A stretch of 63,096 bases of DNA, the filler included, from Candidatus Woesearchaeota archaeon (lineage in GTDB: Archaea; Nanobdellota; Nanobdellia; Woesearchaeales; DATGWN01): the NCBI GenBank assembly GCA_047603125.1. It is 9 parts of 9 records of this genome, joined end to end, with 100 filler letters (N's around TTAATTAATTAA, not from the genome) between each part and the next. Parts side by side here need not be neighbours in the genome. Positions count along the whole stretch, not along the records: positions 16,625 to 21,389 come from JBLKOU010000059.1; positions 21,490 to 48,926 come from JBLKOU010000009.1; 7 more parts are not named here. One strand, written 5' to 3'. Position numbers and translations under genes: made by a program. Below the pieces are notes generated by a model, which was not told the DNA's origin, ran no database searches, and was given only the letters and a program-made list of their open reading frames with translations. Numbering within the stretch: position 1 is the stretch's first letter; each line of letters opens with the position of its first letter. This document shows positions 20,358-31,666 of this stretch, piece by piece.

Positions 20358-21389
20358 TCAAGGAGTATAGGTGCAACGAAAGCCATCATCAGAAAGCGAA
20401 CCCCAGAAGCCACCAAATATATCGACCCCTAAAAAACCACCATACATATAATGATTGCTGCCAACTTTTCCAAACCCATCAAATTGAACTAAATCTCCCC
20501 CGAACGCTCCCCCATTTTGAAAATTAAATATAGAGGGTTTTAAATATGGAAAAAAACTCAAAATGTAGTCATAGCAATACTCCGTCAGACCAGTATCAAA
20601 ATTGTCACAATAATCATTACTCAAATCTCCAGGATAAAGAACATAATAATAACCACCAGAAGGACCACTCACACTCGAAACATCAAACTCGATTATATTA
20701 TCCGCATTACCGACCCAATCCCAAATAACTTCACCATTAGAAAGAACAAAAATTCTTTTGTGATCCCGTTGAACAGAGTCCCAAGTATACGACATACCAA
20801 CATATCCTTCGACTCTTAAAGGACAATCATCATTATTTACATGATCTAAGGAAACAGAAAGATCACAATCAGCCGTGCCCGAATCTAAAACTGCCCCGTA
20901 AGCTCCAGACTCATCGACATTACCTCTCGCCAAAAAAATTTCTGGTTGTGAAGAATCTAGATTATTAATAGGTGTATGCAAAATATTTTCATTTATTTGC
21001 ATCCATTGTCTCGACGATAACAATGAATAGCCATTCTGTTCACACAAATCTTTTGCTTGAGATTTCGAATTTTCATTCGGTAATAACCACGGAATACCAT
21101 CCGGTTGTGAAACCGGCACACCCCCAACATTTTTTGCCTCATACTTCATCACACAAAAGTCATCTACAGTCGTCCCATCAGCTAAAACAAATCCACCAGG
21201 AACTGGTACAAAACCAGACGGACACTCAAAAGAAGACGCAGAACCAACGAGTTGCAAATCAGACCCACGCTGTGTTCGTTGTGTATTGGTTTGCACGTTT
21301 GTATAGCGAACTTCAATCGGATAAGAATACGCATCGATTGAAGTAACAGAATTACATTGAACTTGAACAGAAGAACCAGAGCGAAGTTG
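20358..21389 (-). CDS. Surface protein with FGE-sulfatase/C-type-lectin-like domain, 5'-partial
   Basis: CPSGFVPVPG, FCVMKYEAK, DWVGN, terminal GFRC; frame open to the gap. Confidence 0.8.
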   Translation of the reverse strand, partial: QLRSGSSVQVQCNSVTSIDAYSYPIEVRYTNVQTNTQRTQRGSDLQLVGSASSFECPSGFVPVPGGFVLADGTTVDDFCVMKYEAKNVGGVPVSQPDGIPWLLPNENSKSQAKDLCEQNGYSLLSSRQWMQINENILHTPINNLDSSQPEIFLARGNVDESGAYGAVLDSGTADCDLSVSLDHVNNDDCPLRVEGYVGMSYTWDSVQRDHKRIFVLSNGEVIWDWVGNADNIIEFDVSSVSGPSGGYYYVLYPGDLSNDYCDNFDTGLTEYCYDYILSFFPYLKPSIFNFQNGGAFGGDLVQFDGFGKVGSNHYMYGGFLGVDIFGGFWGSLSDDGFRCTYTP

Positions 21390-21489
21390 NNNNNNNNNNN
21401 NNNNNNNNNNNNNNNNNNNNNNNNNNNNNNNNNTTAATTAATTAANNNNNNNNNNNNNNNNNNNNNNNNNNNNNNNNNNNNNNNNNNNN

Positions 21490-24400
21490 AACTCAATAAA
21501 GTCGCGCAAGTCATTGTAGACAACATGGCGCTCAATATTACCTGCAAGTGTCGCATCATTGAGTTTATTAAATGTGAATGGAACATAATCTTGCGGTTTC
21601 TCACTCACAGTCACAGTCACAAGATCCTCAACTGTATGAATGCCATCGCTTGTTGTTATAGTAATCTGTGTTTGCCCTACGCTCACACCTTCACACAGTA
21701 GATGACTACTACTTGCAACGCGACATGTTGCAATAGACGTATCGCCATCAGCAACACTAAATGTCAGAGGATCAGAGTCTGGATCAACAGCAAAATTTTT
21801 CAAATCATAGACAACTCGTTTATCCCCTACCTTTATATTAATATCAGGATAGTTAGTTACCGGAGGTCGATTCTCAATGACTTTCTCAACGAAAACAGTC
21901 ATGCTCTGCGTTTGTTGTGTCTTGCCATCATCTGCACGGATGCTCAGTGTACTTGAACCATCTTCATTGCGATTGACATCACAAACTAAGGAAAATTGTT
22001 CAATAAAACAATGAACCAGGTTTGAATTGGATTGCAAAACCACACTAAATGAAACTGTTTCTTTTGAGCCAAACTCAATAAAGTCGCGCAAGTCATTGTA
22101 GACAACATGGCGCTCAATATTACCTGCAAGTGTCGCATCATTGAGTTTGGAAAAATGAAATGGCGTGTAGCTCTTTTGTACAAAAACAGTGAATGTTCTT
22201 TCAAGCTTTGTTGTTCCATCATCAATTGAAATGGAAAGCTGGCTTTGACCATCCTCGTCTTTTTGCACAAAACAAGTAAATCGACCACCAAATTGTTCAC
22301 AATCAACTAAATCAGTATTTGATTGCGTAAGTGAAAATTCGTATCGTCGATCTCTGTCTGAAACATATGATAAAATATCAGAAATTATTCTGTGCTCAGC
22401 TACGGAACCATCCAGTGTGAAATCTTCAATGGGATCAAATGTGAAGGGAACATAGCCTTGCTCCAAATGAATTCTCATAGAAGCTGTTGCAGAGAGTTTT
22501 CCATCTGTTGCTCGAAAATACAATATTGTTACTCCCGTTTTTCCTTGCGAAACTGAACAACTCAATCTTGTCTGGGAATCAAGAGAACAACTTACTAAAT
22601 CATTTCGAGATTGCGACTCAAGTGTAATTTTGAGTTCATCACCATCAGGATCTGTTACAAAATCACTTATTCGAATAATATTTTCATATAACGAGTGATT
22701 ATTATATAAGACTCTTCCAGGTATTGAAGAAAATACCGGTGGTCGATTAACATCAACTTGCTCTACAAATATTGTAACAGTTTGTGTTGCAGCTTTTGAC
22801 CCATCACTTGCTGTGAAAACTACTTGACTTTGTCCATCTTTATTTTCTTTGACTTCACAACTCAGATATGAGCCAAATAAGGAACATTCAACTAAATCTC
22901 TATTACTTTGGTGTGCAATTCCAAATGTCAATGCATCACCATCTGGATCAGAGGCATAATTATTCAAGTTTAAAATATTTGCATGATGCGTAATATCTCC
23001 TCGTAAGAAAATGTCTGAAATATCCTCAAAAACTGGCGGACGATTAGCATCAAGAACATCTATATCCCAAGTAAAAGATACTGCATCAGTTCCATCTGTT
23101 ACTTCAAATCCAACTGTTGAACTTCCGGTTGTTACAGAAGATAATGCCAACGTTCCGCTTTGTAGATGGTAAATTGAAGTATTTTTTTTATAAATCCACG
23201 CTCCTTTGAAAAAAACATCATAGGCTATGTCAATCCATTCATCTTTTTTGAAAGAATAAAACCAAACTTGTGGATCTTTTTTTCCATGTATATAATACCA
23301 TTTTTCATCTCCCTCCTCAAAAGAAACAGCGTGTTTATTTAAAAAATTTTCAAAAGTCTGTTCATATTCAGGCGGCATAAGAAACCACTGTTGTGAGAGA
23401 ATGTTTGGCAAGTGACAATCGACTTTCCCTAATTGTGTATCAGCAAGCGTACAGTCTACCAGTTGTGAATTTGTTTGAGATGTAATTGTATATGTTAACT
23501 CATCACCATCCGGATCGAAAACATAATTGTCTAAAATGATCGCATTTGGATATTGAGATTGATTATTCAATAATGTTTTTTTTGGAAGTGCGCTTACTAT
23601 TGGCGGCGCATTTGGATCAGGATCGGGATCAACTGTTTTTTCACCCTTCACATAAATTGTTTGAGAAACAGTATCATCTAAATTTGCATCATAAGGGCAC
23701 GTATCTACAACTGCACGCGCACTTATTGAATAATATCCTTTTTGTGTTGGGATGAAACTTGTTTGTGTACGAATAAATTGATCATCTTGAGAATGTTGTG
23801 CAATGTTTTTAACTTCGCTATGAACAACCGCACCGTCTTTTTTTACTGTAAATTCAACTGAAAAGGGTGTTGTTTTTAATTCACCAAATTCATTATAAAA
23901 ATTTGCAAGCGCATCAACATACGCTGTTACTGTTTGACCAACTTCTGGCTCTACAGGGCTTGCATATAAATCTTGAGCAAGGGCATAACACATGTTTGTT
24001 GAACCCTCATTAATAACACTGAATTGTTTGCTCGAGCTATGTTCTTGATAATCAAGACATTTTGCATCAGGGACTTGTGTTCGTACTCTCGCGCTATAGG
24101 CTCCGACTTGTTCAGGAATCCATTCAAATTGTATGTGTTCATATTCAGAATATGGAATCGAAACCACTTTTTCTTGTTGGTCAACGACCGCACCTGTGGA
24201 ATCCAAAATGTCTAAAATAATTTTTGTTTGAACCGAATAATGTGATTGTAATTCATCAGGTATATATTCAATTGGACCTGCATTTTTAATTGCCGCATGT
24301 GCTTTAGAGTCAAGCGCAGTCACGATGTCAACCATTACTGGCTGATTTGGATAAACTGTATTTGTTACAGAAAAAGTATCTATGGGCGAACGACACATAT

Positions 24401-24791
24401 CAATTTTACTCAAATATACTGTTGTCATACCATGACCACTACCTTGCGGAGCCAAAGTTACTTCATAAGGAACGTATCCCTCTTTGTAATAAAAGACACC
24501 GTAACTAAAATCCCCGTATAATGGTGGGTTTGTTGGATAATCTAGCACCAGTTGATGAGTATGGGTATGTTTTGGTTGATTTGACCATAACGCATCTGTA
24601 ACAAAAGAACAAGAATGATCCCCGCAAATATATCCTCTTGCTTGAAAACCTGTTACTGGCTGATTAGTGAATTGATTCTGAGCATCTACAGATAAAACTG
24701 CTTTAAATGCTGTATTCGTCTGCAACATATCTGAATGAACCGCGGCTAATGCAAATAGTAATACAAAAAGGAATAAAATTATTTTTTTCAT
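21490..24791 (-). CDS. Large secreted protein with tandem cadherin/Ig-like (DPDGD) repeats, 3'-partial
   Basis: Signal peptide MKKIILFLF; repeated NxPP...DPDGDxL...SDG units; truncated at the gap. Confidence 0.85.
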
Positions 24792-25969
24792 GGCTGACCT
24801 CCAGGCCCTTTGCCAATAATGTTCAATGACCCTCCTAATGAAGTAGCATCCGAACCTGGAATATACCAAATAACTGGAGTATTTATATGCCGTTTCCCGT
24901 CATCAAGAGATTCTTCCAAACTAAAGCCAGTCCCGTCATAGAGAATTGAACCAAAATTACTATCGCTTGAAAATAATTTCAGTACAGTATCCGGGTTATT
25001 CGGATCTTGAACAGAGAAGCTGTTTTTGTATCCTTCTCGTACAAGTTGCGCAAATGCATCTTGAATTTGATCGGTAGTTAGCGTGCCATGATATTGCAAT
25101 GAACCAGGTACTTGTTGTTTTTCTTGTCCGCTATGGTTGACTAAGTAGTTTAATCCAAGTGAACCTGCAAGAATCCCAGGATGTGCACCTGCAAGTAAAC
25201 CTACACCACCAAGAACACCATTTTCAAAAAGATGTGTCCGCCCAACATTGCTGTTTAAAGCCACTTCGTACGCCTGATCCCCTGCAGTTATAGTTGTTTT
25301 AGCAGTTGTTTGCACTCCTCTTCGATACATTCGAGTTTGCTCATCAACTTGTGTTGTGATTGCACTTGAAGTTTCTGGATTTGAAAGTAAAACCGCGTAA
25401 ATTCCACCCGGTGTTTGCCAAAGAGTGAGATTATGTTCATCGCCTAAATAAGTATCATTTACGAATTCTGAGAAAGGCATTCTATGTGAAGAATCAGCCC
25501 CATATTGAATGATACCATCATCTCTTTTCGTACTTTGGACGTTTGCTCGATTTATCACTAATCCTGCATATGGATCAATTGTAATAGATGTAGGTATTTT
25601 TGATATTTGTGAACCAATTTCTTGAGATTGATCAGCAACCTGACCTACACGAGTTTCTAAATCAGACAGAGCCGAGCTTGCATCACGAACACCACGTGCA
25701 GTTTCCAATGCTTGATTTGCATTTCGTTCTAATCGTTCATACACTGTTTTTGGTGCATACGACGTATCCGACAGAGATGTCGCTTGTAATTGTTCTAATA
25801 CCGCAGATGTCGGATCTTTAAGCATCACTTCAACTTGAGCAGGTTGCATTGCAATTTGTGGTTGTTCGTTTTGTGAGCATGTTGTTGTATATAATCCAAG
25901 TGCGGTGTATCCTGCACCAAATGCGAGTGCTGTTTTAGCTGCAGTTGTTGCTTTTGATTTGAATGTCAT
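24788..25969 (-). CDS. Hypothetical membrane-anchored coiled-coil protein
   Basis: N-terminal hydrophobic segment, coiled coil, glycine-zipper-like stretch. Confidence 0.75.
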   Translation of the reverse strand: MTFKSKATTAAKTALAFGAGYTALGLYTTTCSQNEQPQIAMQPAQVEVMLKDPTSAVLEQLQATSLSDTSYAPKTVYERLERNANQALETARGVRDASSALSDLETRVGQVADQSQEIGSQISKIPTSITIDPYAGLVINRANVQSTKRDDGIIQYGADSSHRMPFSEFVNDTYLGDEHNLTLWQTPGGIYAVLLSNPETSSAITTQVDEQTRMYRRGVQTTAKTTITAGDQAYEVALNSNVGRTHLFENGVLGGVGLLAGAHPGILAGSLGLNYLVNHSGQEKQQVPGSLQYHGTLTTDQIQDAFAQLVREGYKNSFSVQDPNNPDTVLKLFSSDSNFGSILYDGTGFSLEESLDDGKRHINTPVIWYIPGSDATSLGGSLNIIGKGPGGQP

Positions 25970-27609
25970 TAGTTTCTCCCTCCAAATGAACGAGCAATCA
26001 AATATCTTGTTTTATCAGAGTCCCATGTTACTTTTCCAAGCAATAAATTATGACGAAACTCTTCCAAACTGTCCCCGTATCCTTTTTCTCGAGCGGCATT
26101 GTAAACATCTGTTACTGATTGGCCCATTAATCTTGACCCACCAAGTCCGAGCGGATCTGAGATTGGTTCTTGATTGTAAACAGTTTGTGTTCGTGTTGTC
26201 GTTCCACGACCTGCACGTCGAACAATGTTTCGTTCATTTTCAACTGTTTGTACACCAACAACTGAGTATGCAGGTGAGAGTTGTGTTAATGTATCTGTAT
26301 CGACAGCATTGCTCCCTTCATATTTTTGTAATACATCCGCTGTAGATTGTACTTGTTCTTTTGCAGACTCAAGGTTATCACCAATTAAACCTAATGATGT
26401 TTCAAGATTTCCAATTCGGGTCTGCCCGTCTGCAAGTACCTTGTTTGCTGCTTTGGATAATTCAAACTGACTGTCTAATGAATCAACAATGTCTTTTTTG
26501 ACCGCATCTTGACTCTTCGCCACACGATCCATTATGGATTGATCTCTTTGTGAGAGAGCATCAGCTATTGCTTGCGTGTCATAGTGATTATCAATGACAA
26601 CGACTTGTGGATCAGGCTGAACAAACTCAGGTTGATCTGTTTTGTGAGTATAATGATACGTTCCTGCACCAACTAAGGCTGCAAGTCCAAATAATCCGTA
26701 ACCTGCATATTTTCTTAATGTGTTTTTTGCAGAAGAGAAAAGGCCTATTGGTTTTGGTTCATATGTTTTTCCTTCTTCTTTTTTTGGTTCAGCTTTATTA
26801 AGATGTGGTGGTTCAATAGGAATTGAAGCGTATGTTGGTTTAAATCCCGGAACGAAAGGTATAACAGTATCAGATTCATTTCCAATATATTCATAAGGCG
26901 TATTTTTTCTTAACTGTTTTGAGACAGATAATCTTTGAGCAGCGCGTTTTCTCATTTGTGGCGGAGTATATTGTCCTCTCCAAATCTCTCTTGCAATTTG
27001 CGAAGGTGATTTTCCTTCAAAATCAAGCTCTTTTCCTTGATAGACTCCTTTCCAACTTTGTCTTTCTTCCGGCGTTATGCCTGATTCGATTTTGGGATAT
27101 GTTCGTTGTTGCTCTACTCGTGAATCAAGAGAATCTTGTTGTGGTATTTGATCTGGCGCAGCTGCAGGTTGTGCACTTTGAACACGTTGTGCAATTCCCT
27201 CTCCAGGTTGTTGGTATGATACTAATAATGAATCAATATCATTTAACTTATTTTTGAGTCCACGTAATTTTTGCGTTCCATGCGTTTTTGCAAAATACTT
27301 ATGACCCTCTACTCCGCTTACATAATCGCGTAACTCAGATGCAAGCTTTTGTGCATGTTCATAAGTAAGAGAACCGTCGTTGAGACCTTGCTCAATTGCC
27401 AAGTTCATATTGTGAAATTGCCCGTCTGCTTTTTTCAAACGATCGTCCCATTTGTAACATGTCGCATCTCGTTTAAACTCCCCATCTTGGAATTTTCTTC
27501 CTAAGAAAGTATCCGATAACCCTCGTGCAAAGTCTTGAACTTGTGAATTGTTTTGTAGATATGTAAAATTTTCGCGCAAATTATTCATCGCTGTCGTATA
27601 TGAAGTCAT
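25969..27609 (-). CDS. Hypothetical single-TM coiled-coil protein
   Basis: 546-aa ORF with central TM; stop overlaps the downstream start. Confidence 0.75.
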   Translation of the reverse strand: MTSYTTAMNNLRENFTYLQNNSQVQDFARGLSDTFLGRKFQDGEFKRDATCYKWDDRLKKADGQFHNMNLAIEQGLNDGSLTYEHAQKLASELRDYVSGVEGHKYFAKTHGTQKLRGLKNKLNDIDSLLVSYQQPGEGIAQRVQSAQPAAAPDQIPQQDSLDSRVEQQRTYPKIESGITPEERQSWKGVYQGKELDFEGKSPSQIAREIWRGQYTPPQMRKRAAQRLSVSKQLRKNTPYEYIGNESDTVIPFVPGFKPTYASIPIEPPHLNKAEPKKEEGKTYEPKPIGLFSSAKNTLRKYAGYGLFGLAALVGAGTYHYTHKTDQPEFVQPDPQVVVIDNHYDTQAIADALSQRDQSIMDRVAKSQDAVKKDIVDSLDSQFELSKAANKVLADGQTRIGNLETSLGLIGDNLESAKEQVQSTADVLQKYEGSNAVDTDTLTQLSPAYSVVGVQTVENERNIVRRAGRGTTTRTQTVYNQEPISDPLGLGGSRLMGQSVTDVYNAAREKGYGDSLEEFRHNLLLGKVTWDSDKTRYLIARSFGGRN

Positions 27610-27751
27610 TAGTAATCCCCCTATTTCAAATCACTATCACTATTTGAAAGTAAAAACAGAAACGTTTAATGATTTAAATAGTTTACTACTTTAAAGTGTT
27701 ATAAATACTTGCTGGGAACGTGACTATAATTCATTAAAAATGTTAGAAAAA

Positions 27752-27870
27752 GTGTAAACAGCAAGGTATCTTCCCGTACATAAGTACAGTACAAATATCC
27801 ACGCAGGCTTGCTTAACTACCGTGTTCGAAATGGGAACGGGTGTACCCAAACCGCTATGGCCGTTTACAT
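27752..27870 (-). rRNA. rrf: 5S rRNA (stand-alone)
   Basis: GGCCATAGCG...CCCGTTCCCATTTCGAACACGG.AGTTAAG; terminal helix TGTAAAC/GTTTACA; own TATA at 27891-27898 and T-tract. Confidence 0.95.
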
Positions 27871-27969
27871 ATGAGTGGAATAATGACTTGTTTATAAATG
27901 TGATGGTTTTGTGGGGGGAGGAAAAATGAGAAAAAGAACACACTTTTTATGAATATTCAAAAACCCTTA

Positions 27970-28998
27970 TCACTTAATTAAGCGCTTTTTTGTTAATCGA
28001 GAAACTAAGCTTAATCTTTGTTTTACCTCATTTGAATCAAAAGGCGTTTCTTTCAACCCGTTTTCAGAAAAATTAACCTGTGAACTATGATATGCCCAAA
28101 GAAAGAATTTATAAGAATCTGTGAGTTCATCAAGCTCAGTATCAGTTAAAGTGAGCAAGCCCTCTACATCTAAATCAAATAATCTATTTACAGTATTGTA
28201 TGAAAGGGACTCTAAAAAGACCTTCTTTCCTAAAATAGGACGGTCACTATTTCTAAAAAAATCAACTAAATCTCTCCCTAAGGCAAATTGAACTGCTCGC
28301 AAAGGACCTTGCTTAAATCCATTTTCATAATTACCATCATAATATGCTATACCCGATTCAGTATCAAATTGTTTTATTTTTTTTCCTTTAAAATGTGAAA
28401 CACCAGTTTTCGTTGTTGTTTGATGATATTTCCAGCGCTCTTGCGTTCTTCGGTAAATCTTTCGTTTTAAAGTTGCATCTTGCAATTCAGTAAGAAAATA
28501 TTCCTTTAAAGAATCACTCAAATGCATGTTTCCCCAGACAAAACGCGCATCTAAAATTCGACTAGTCGCATAATATTTAAATTGACCCGCCTCACCACGT
28601 TTAAAGCGCGTTACATACATAGGTTCAGTTCCTGGAACTTTTATTGCACGAATTGAATCAAAGAGCTCTTCAGTTAAGGTTTTTTGAGAAAAATCGCGTA
28701 AATGACTTTCCAGACAAGAACCACTTAATAGATTCTCAGAAACAATTTCTATTTCAAAAGGTGAAACACCTCCTTTTTCTCTTCTGGCATCACTACCAAC
28801 AACCACTATTGCGTTTTCCTTGGCAAAATCAGTATCTAACCCCTGAAATAATGTTTTTATGGATCGTAAATAAAAATCATTGAATGAAAGGAGCTTTTCA
28901 AAATATTGACTATGTGTTTGTGAAAGCGGTCTTAGATATGCATGTTTCTCTTTTAATGAAGTTTTAAATGGATTCATATAGAGGGGATACCAGCTCAA
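27970..28998 (-). CDS. Nucleotidyltransferase-like protein (GlnD/GlnE/DUF294-like), degenerate motif
   Basis: VVVGSDARRE, ARFVWG, KQGPLR. Confidence 0.55.
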   Translation of the reverse strand: MSWYPLYMNPFKTSLKEKHAYLRPLSQTHSQYFEKLLSFNDFYLRSIKTLFQGLDTDFAKENAIVVVGSDARREKGGVSPFEIEIVSENLLSGSCLESHLRDFSQKTLTEELFDSIRAIKVPGTEPMYVTRFKRGEAGQFKYYATSRILDARFVWGNMHLSDSLKEYFLTELQDATLKRKIYRRTQERWKYHQTTTKTGVSHFKGKKIKQFDTESGIAYYDGNYENGFKQGPLRAVQFALGRDLVDFFRNSDRPILGKKVFLESLSYNTVNRLFDLDVEGLLTLTDTELDELTDSYKFFLWAYHSSQVNFSENGLKETPFDSNEVKQRLSLVSRLTKKRLIK

Positions 28999-29037
28999 TA
29001 TTTAAAGTTTCCTGAATTTATCACTTAGGAGTGTCTA

Positions 29038-29826
29038 CTATGCCAACTTAAACAACTTTCTAAAAGTCAAAGAAAATATAAGGGAGAAGACAATGTATGC
29101 ACCAATACCAGCAAATGTTGTAAATCCAAGAGGAAGAATTTCCATCTTTTCATAATTAACTCGAAAAATCTGAAAAACACCCTCATTTACGCGCCTGTCC
29201 GGCGTTCGCTCAGTGATACTTGGATCTATTCGAACCCGTTGATCAAGCTCATATTCTTTATGGGTAAAGGTGAGATTATGCTCACCAACATCACCTGAAA
29301 GCTCAAAGGTGGCACGCATATAGTCCCGTTTAAACATAAACCCATGGCGTGCTGGCTCCAATCCTTGTTCTTGCTCACCGAATGTTGATGAATTCATAAA
29401 TACAGAGCCACTGACATATTCTGGTAAAAACACACTCACCGAAAACGGTTCATCTGCTTGTAAAGGAACATAAACTAAATGCGTGGCAATCCATGCAAAT
29501 AAAATTAATAGAGGAATCATTGTCACAAATGCAGGTTTAATCATCTCAGGAAATAACTGTCCTTGGGATTGCATGATCTGTTTGTGCAACTTCATCATTT
29601 TCTGAGGATCATCTTTACTTGCACGCATCTTTTTTTGCAATTTCGACATTTTTTCTCGTATTGCTTTGACTTTATGCTGATCCACTAATTTTTTCTGTAA
29701 GAATACATGAACAAGACTTACAAATAAAGAAATAACAATGATTGCAAATAATGGGCTAATGGATGCGAGTGGTAAAAGAATCGGATCAACTATACTAGAC
29801 ACCACACCCCCTATTGTTTCAATCAT
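29038..29826 (-). CDS. EMC3/TMCO1 (DUF106) Oxa1-superfamily insertase
   Basis: TM, coiled coil, TM layout; conserved position after secY. Confidence 0.88.
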   Translation of the reverse strand: MIETIGGVVSSIVDPILLPLASISPLFAIIVISLFVSLVHVFLQKKLVDQHKVKAIREKMSKLQKKMRASKDDPQKMMKLHKQIMQSQGQLFPEMIKPAFVTMIPLLILFAWIATHLVYVPLQADEPFSVSVFLPEYVSGSVFMNSSTFGEQEQGLEPARHGFMFKRDYMRATFELSGDVGEHNLTFTHKEYELDQRVRIDPSITERTPDRRVNEGVFQIFRVNYEKMEILPLGFTTFAGIGAYIVFSLIFSLTFRKLFKLA

Positions 29827-29836
29827 TTTGTTGTAT

Positions 29837-31207
29837 TTACCGTTTGCCCATAAATCGTTGCACTATTGGACTCATGTCCGCCAAATGCTGTCTTGTAATA
29901 TCTTCATAAAACTTGTAAACAATCATAACTGCAAGTAAAAGACCAGTTCCACTTGTCAATGCACCGGTAACATCTGCTGCAGCTGCTAAAAATCCAACTG
30001 TTAGACCTCCCATAATCGTTAGAGGACCAATATATCGCTTCAAAATATGCTCAATAATTCGAGGATCTTTTCGAAAACCACTTAGTTGTAATCCACTTGC
30101 CATAATTTGCTTTGCCTGACTATGTGCATCCATACCTGCAGACTGCATCCAAAACCACGCAAAAACCATTGCACCAAGCATGAGAACAATGGTATAAAAG
30201 ACTGCTTGTACATACAAGAGCGGATCAATTCCAAATGTTCCTGCACGAAGTATTGTCGGAATCAAATCAGGTGGCGAAAACCACTGTGATAAATCAAAAG
30301 CTAAATTAAATCGTTCGCGAACAAATCCTGACAAAATCGTAATATTTGCAAGAAGTGCTGCAATTAAAATAACTGGAATAACTGATGTATAAATAAAATT
30401 TAGTGGCCAGCGCATACCATATCCACCCACGCGACTAAAAGAAAGAGGAATTTCCACTTTCATTGACTGGAACCATACAACCATTGCAAAAATCAAAAAT
30501 GTAGTAATAATTGCACTCGTACGTATAATAATTTCTCCCGTATCACCTTGTCCGAGAGCCATGACAATTGCAGGCAATGCACCGACCGGATACTCCGCTC
30601 CATCTGCGACAAAAACAGAGAATGTTTGAACAAATAAACTCTGTGAAACTCCTGCTGCAATAAAAAGACTGATACCTGAACCAATACCCCATTTATTGAG
30701 TAATTCATCCATGTATAAAATTAAGAGACCACCTAAGATTAACTGCATGACTAAAACACTCTGCATGAGTGTGTAAAAGCTTGTCCCTGCGACTTCTTCA
30801 TATGGCGTTAGTCCACCTAGACCAACATAGATTATTGACTCTACCAGTATAAAACCAATGGCAAGTAACTTTTGTAAACCTTGAAATCGAACTTTTCCTT
30901 CCTGTGTATTTGTATCAATCTTAAGAATACCTGAACCCTTTAATAACTGTAAAATGATTGAAGATGTAACAATGGGACCGATACCAAGCGTGATTAATGA
31001 GCCAAACTCAGCTGCTAAAATAACTGCCAGCGCTTCAAATTGGGATGAACTTGCTGCACTCAAACCATATAAAGGCACATGTTTAAGAATAAAATAGGCG
31101 AGAAGGACAATAAATGTCCATTTCATCTTCGTCTTAAACGGAAGCTTTTTTTCCGTCGGACCTTTAATTTGCGGTAAAAAACGCAATATGGAATCGAGTA
31201 AACTCAT
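29837..31207 (-). CDS. secY: Preprotein translocase SecY
   Basis: LGIGPIVTSSII, GIGSGISLFI, SGTGLLL. Confidence 0.98.
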   Translation of the reverse strand: MSLLDSILRFLPQIKGPTEKKLPFKTKMKWTFIVLLAYFILKHVPLYGLSAASSSQFEALAVILAAEFGSLITLGIGPIVTSSIILQLLKGSGILKIDTNTQEGKVRFQGLQKLLAIGFILVESIIYVGLGGLTPYEEVAGTSFYTLMQSVLVMQLILGGLLILYMDELLNKWGIGSGISLFIAAGVSQSLFVQTFSVFVADGAEYPVGALPAIVMALGQGDTGEIIIRTSAIITTFLIFAMVVWFQSMKVEIPLSFSRVGGYGMRWPLNFIYTSVIPVILIAALLANITILSGFVRERFNLAFDLSQWFSPPDLIPTILRAGTFGIDPLLYVQAVFYTIVLMLGAMVFAWFWMQSAGMDAHSQAKQIMASGLQLSGFRKDPRIIEHILKRYIGPLTIMGGLTVGFLAAAADVTGALTSGTGLLLAVMIVYKFYEDITRQHLADMSPIVQRFMGKR

Positions 31208-31209
31208 TT

Positions 31210-31653
31210 TTAGTTCTCAGTTACTGTAACTGACCCATTTGCTTTATTAAGTTTTTCAATTGCCTTTTGAGATGCACTCTCAACAGTCACATGTAAAGGA
31301 ATCGTTACAGAACCGCCTGCCAGAAGCTTACTGTACTTTGTTTTTGTTAAATCAACCTTATACCCTTGACCATCTTTGACTGCTATTTTTGAATCTACAT
31401 ATGTTTGTATATTTGAAGCAATTGTTGAAACATTAATTGCATTGACTACTTCTCGTTGAATTGGAGTAAACCCATGTTTTCCAAAATATTTTGTATTATG
31501 TGAGATTGATGGTTTTTTCGTATCAGCTCGCTTACCTGAACCAGCCATTCCACGACCACCGCGACTTCCAGCACCTCGATGCTTTTTTTTCTCCCCATAG
31601 CCATGAGTCCAACTTCCCCGATGTCGACTATTTTTTGATCTTTTCTGAAACAT
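31210..31653 (-). CDS. rpl15: 50S ribosomal protein uL15
   Basis: RGSWTHGYG..RGAGSRGGRG. Confidence 0.95.
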   Translation of the reverse strand: MFQKRSKNSRHRGSWTHGYGEKKKHRGAGSRGGRGMAGSGKRADTKKPSISHNTKYFGKHGFTPIQREVVNAINVSTIASNIQTYVDSKIAVKDGQGYKVDLTKTKYSKLLAGGSVTIPLHVTVESASQKAIEKLNKANGSVTVTEN

Positions 31654-31666
31654 TATCTTTCTCCCC

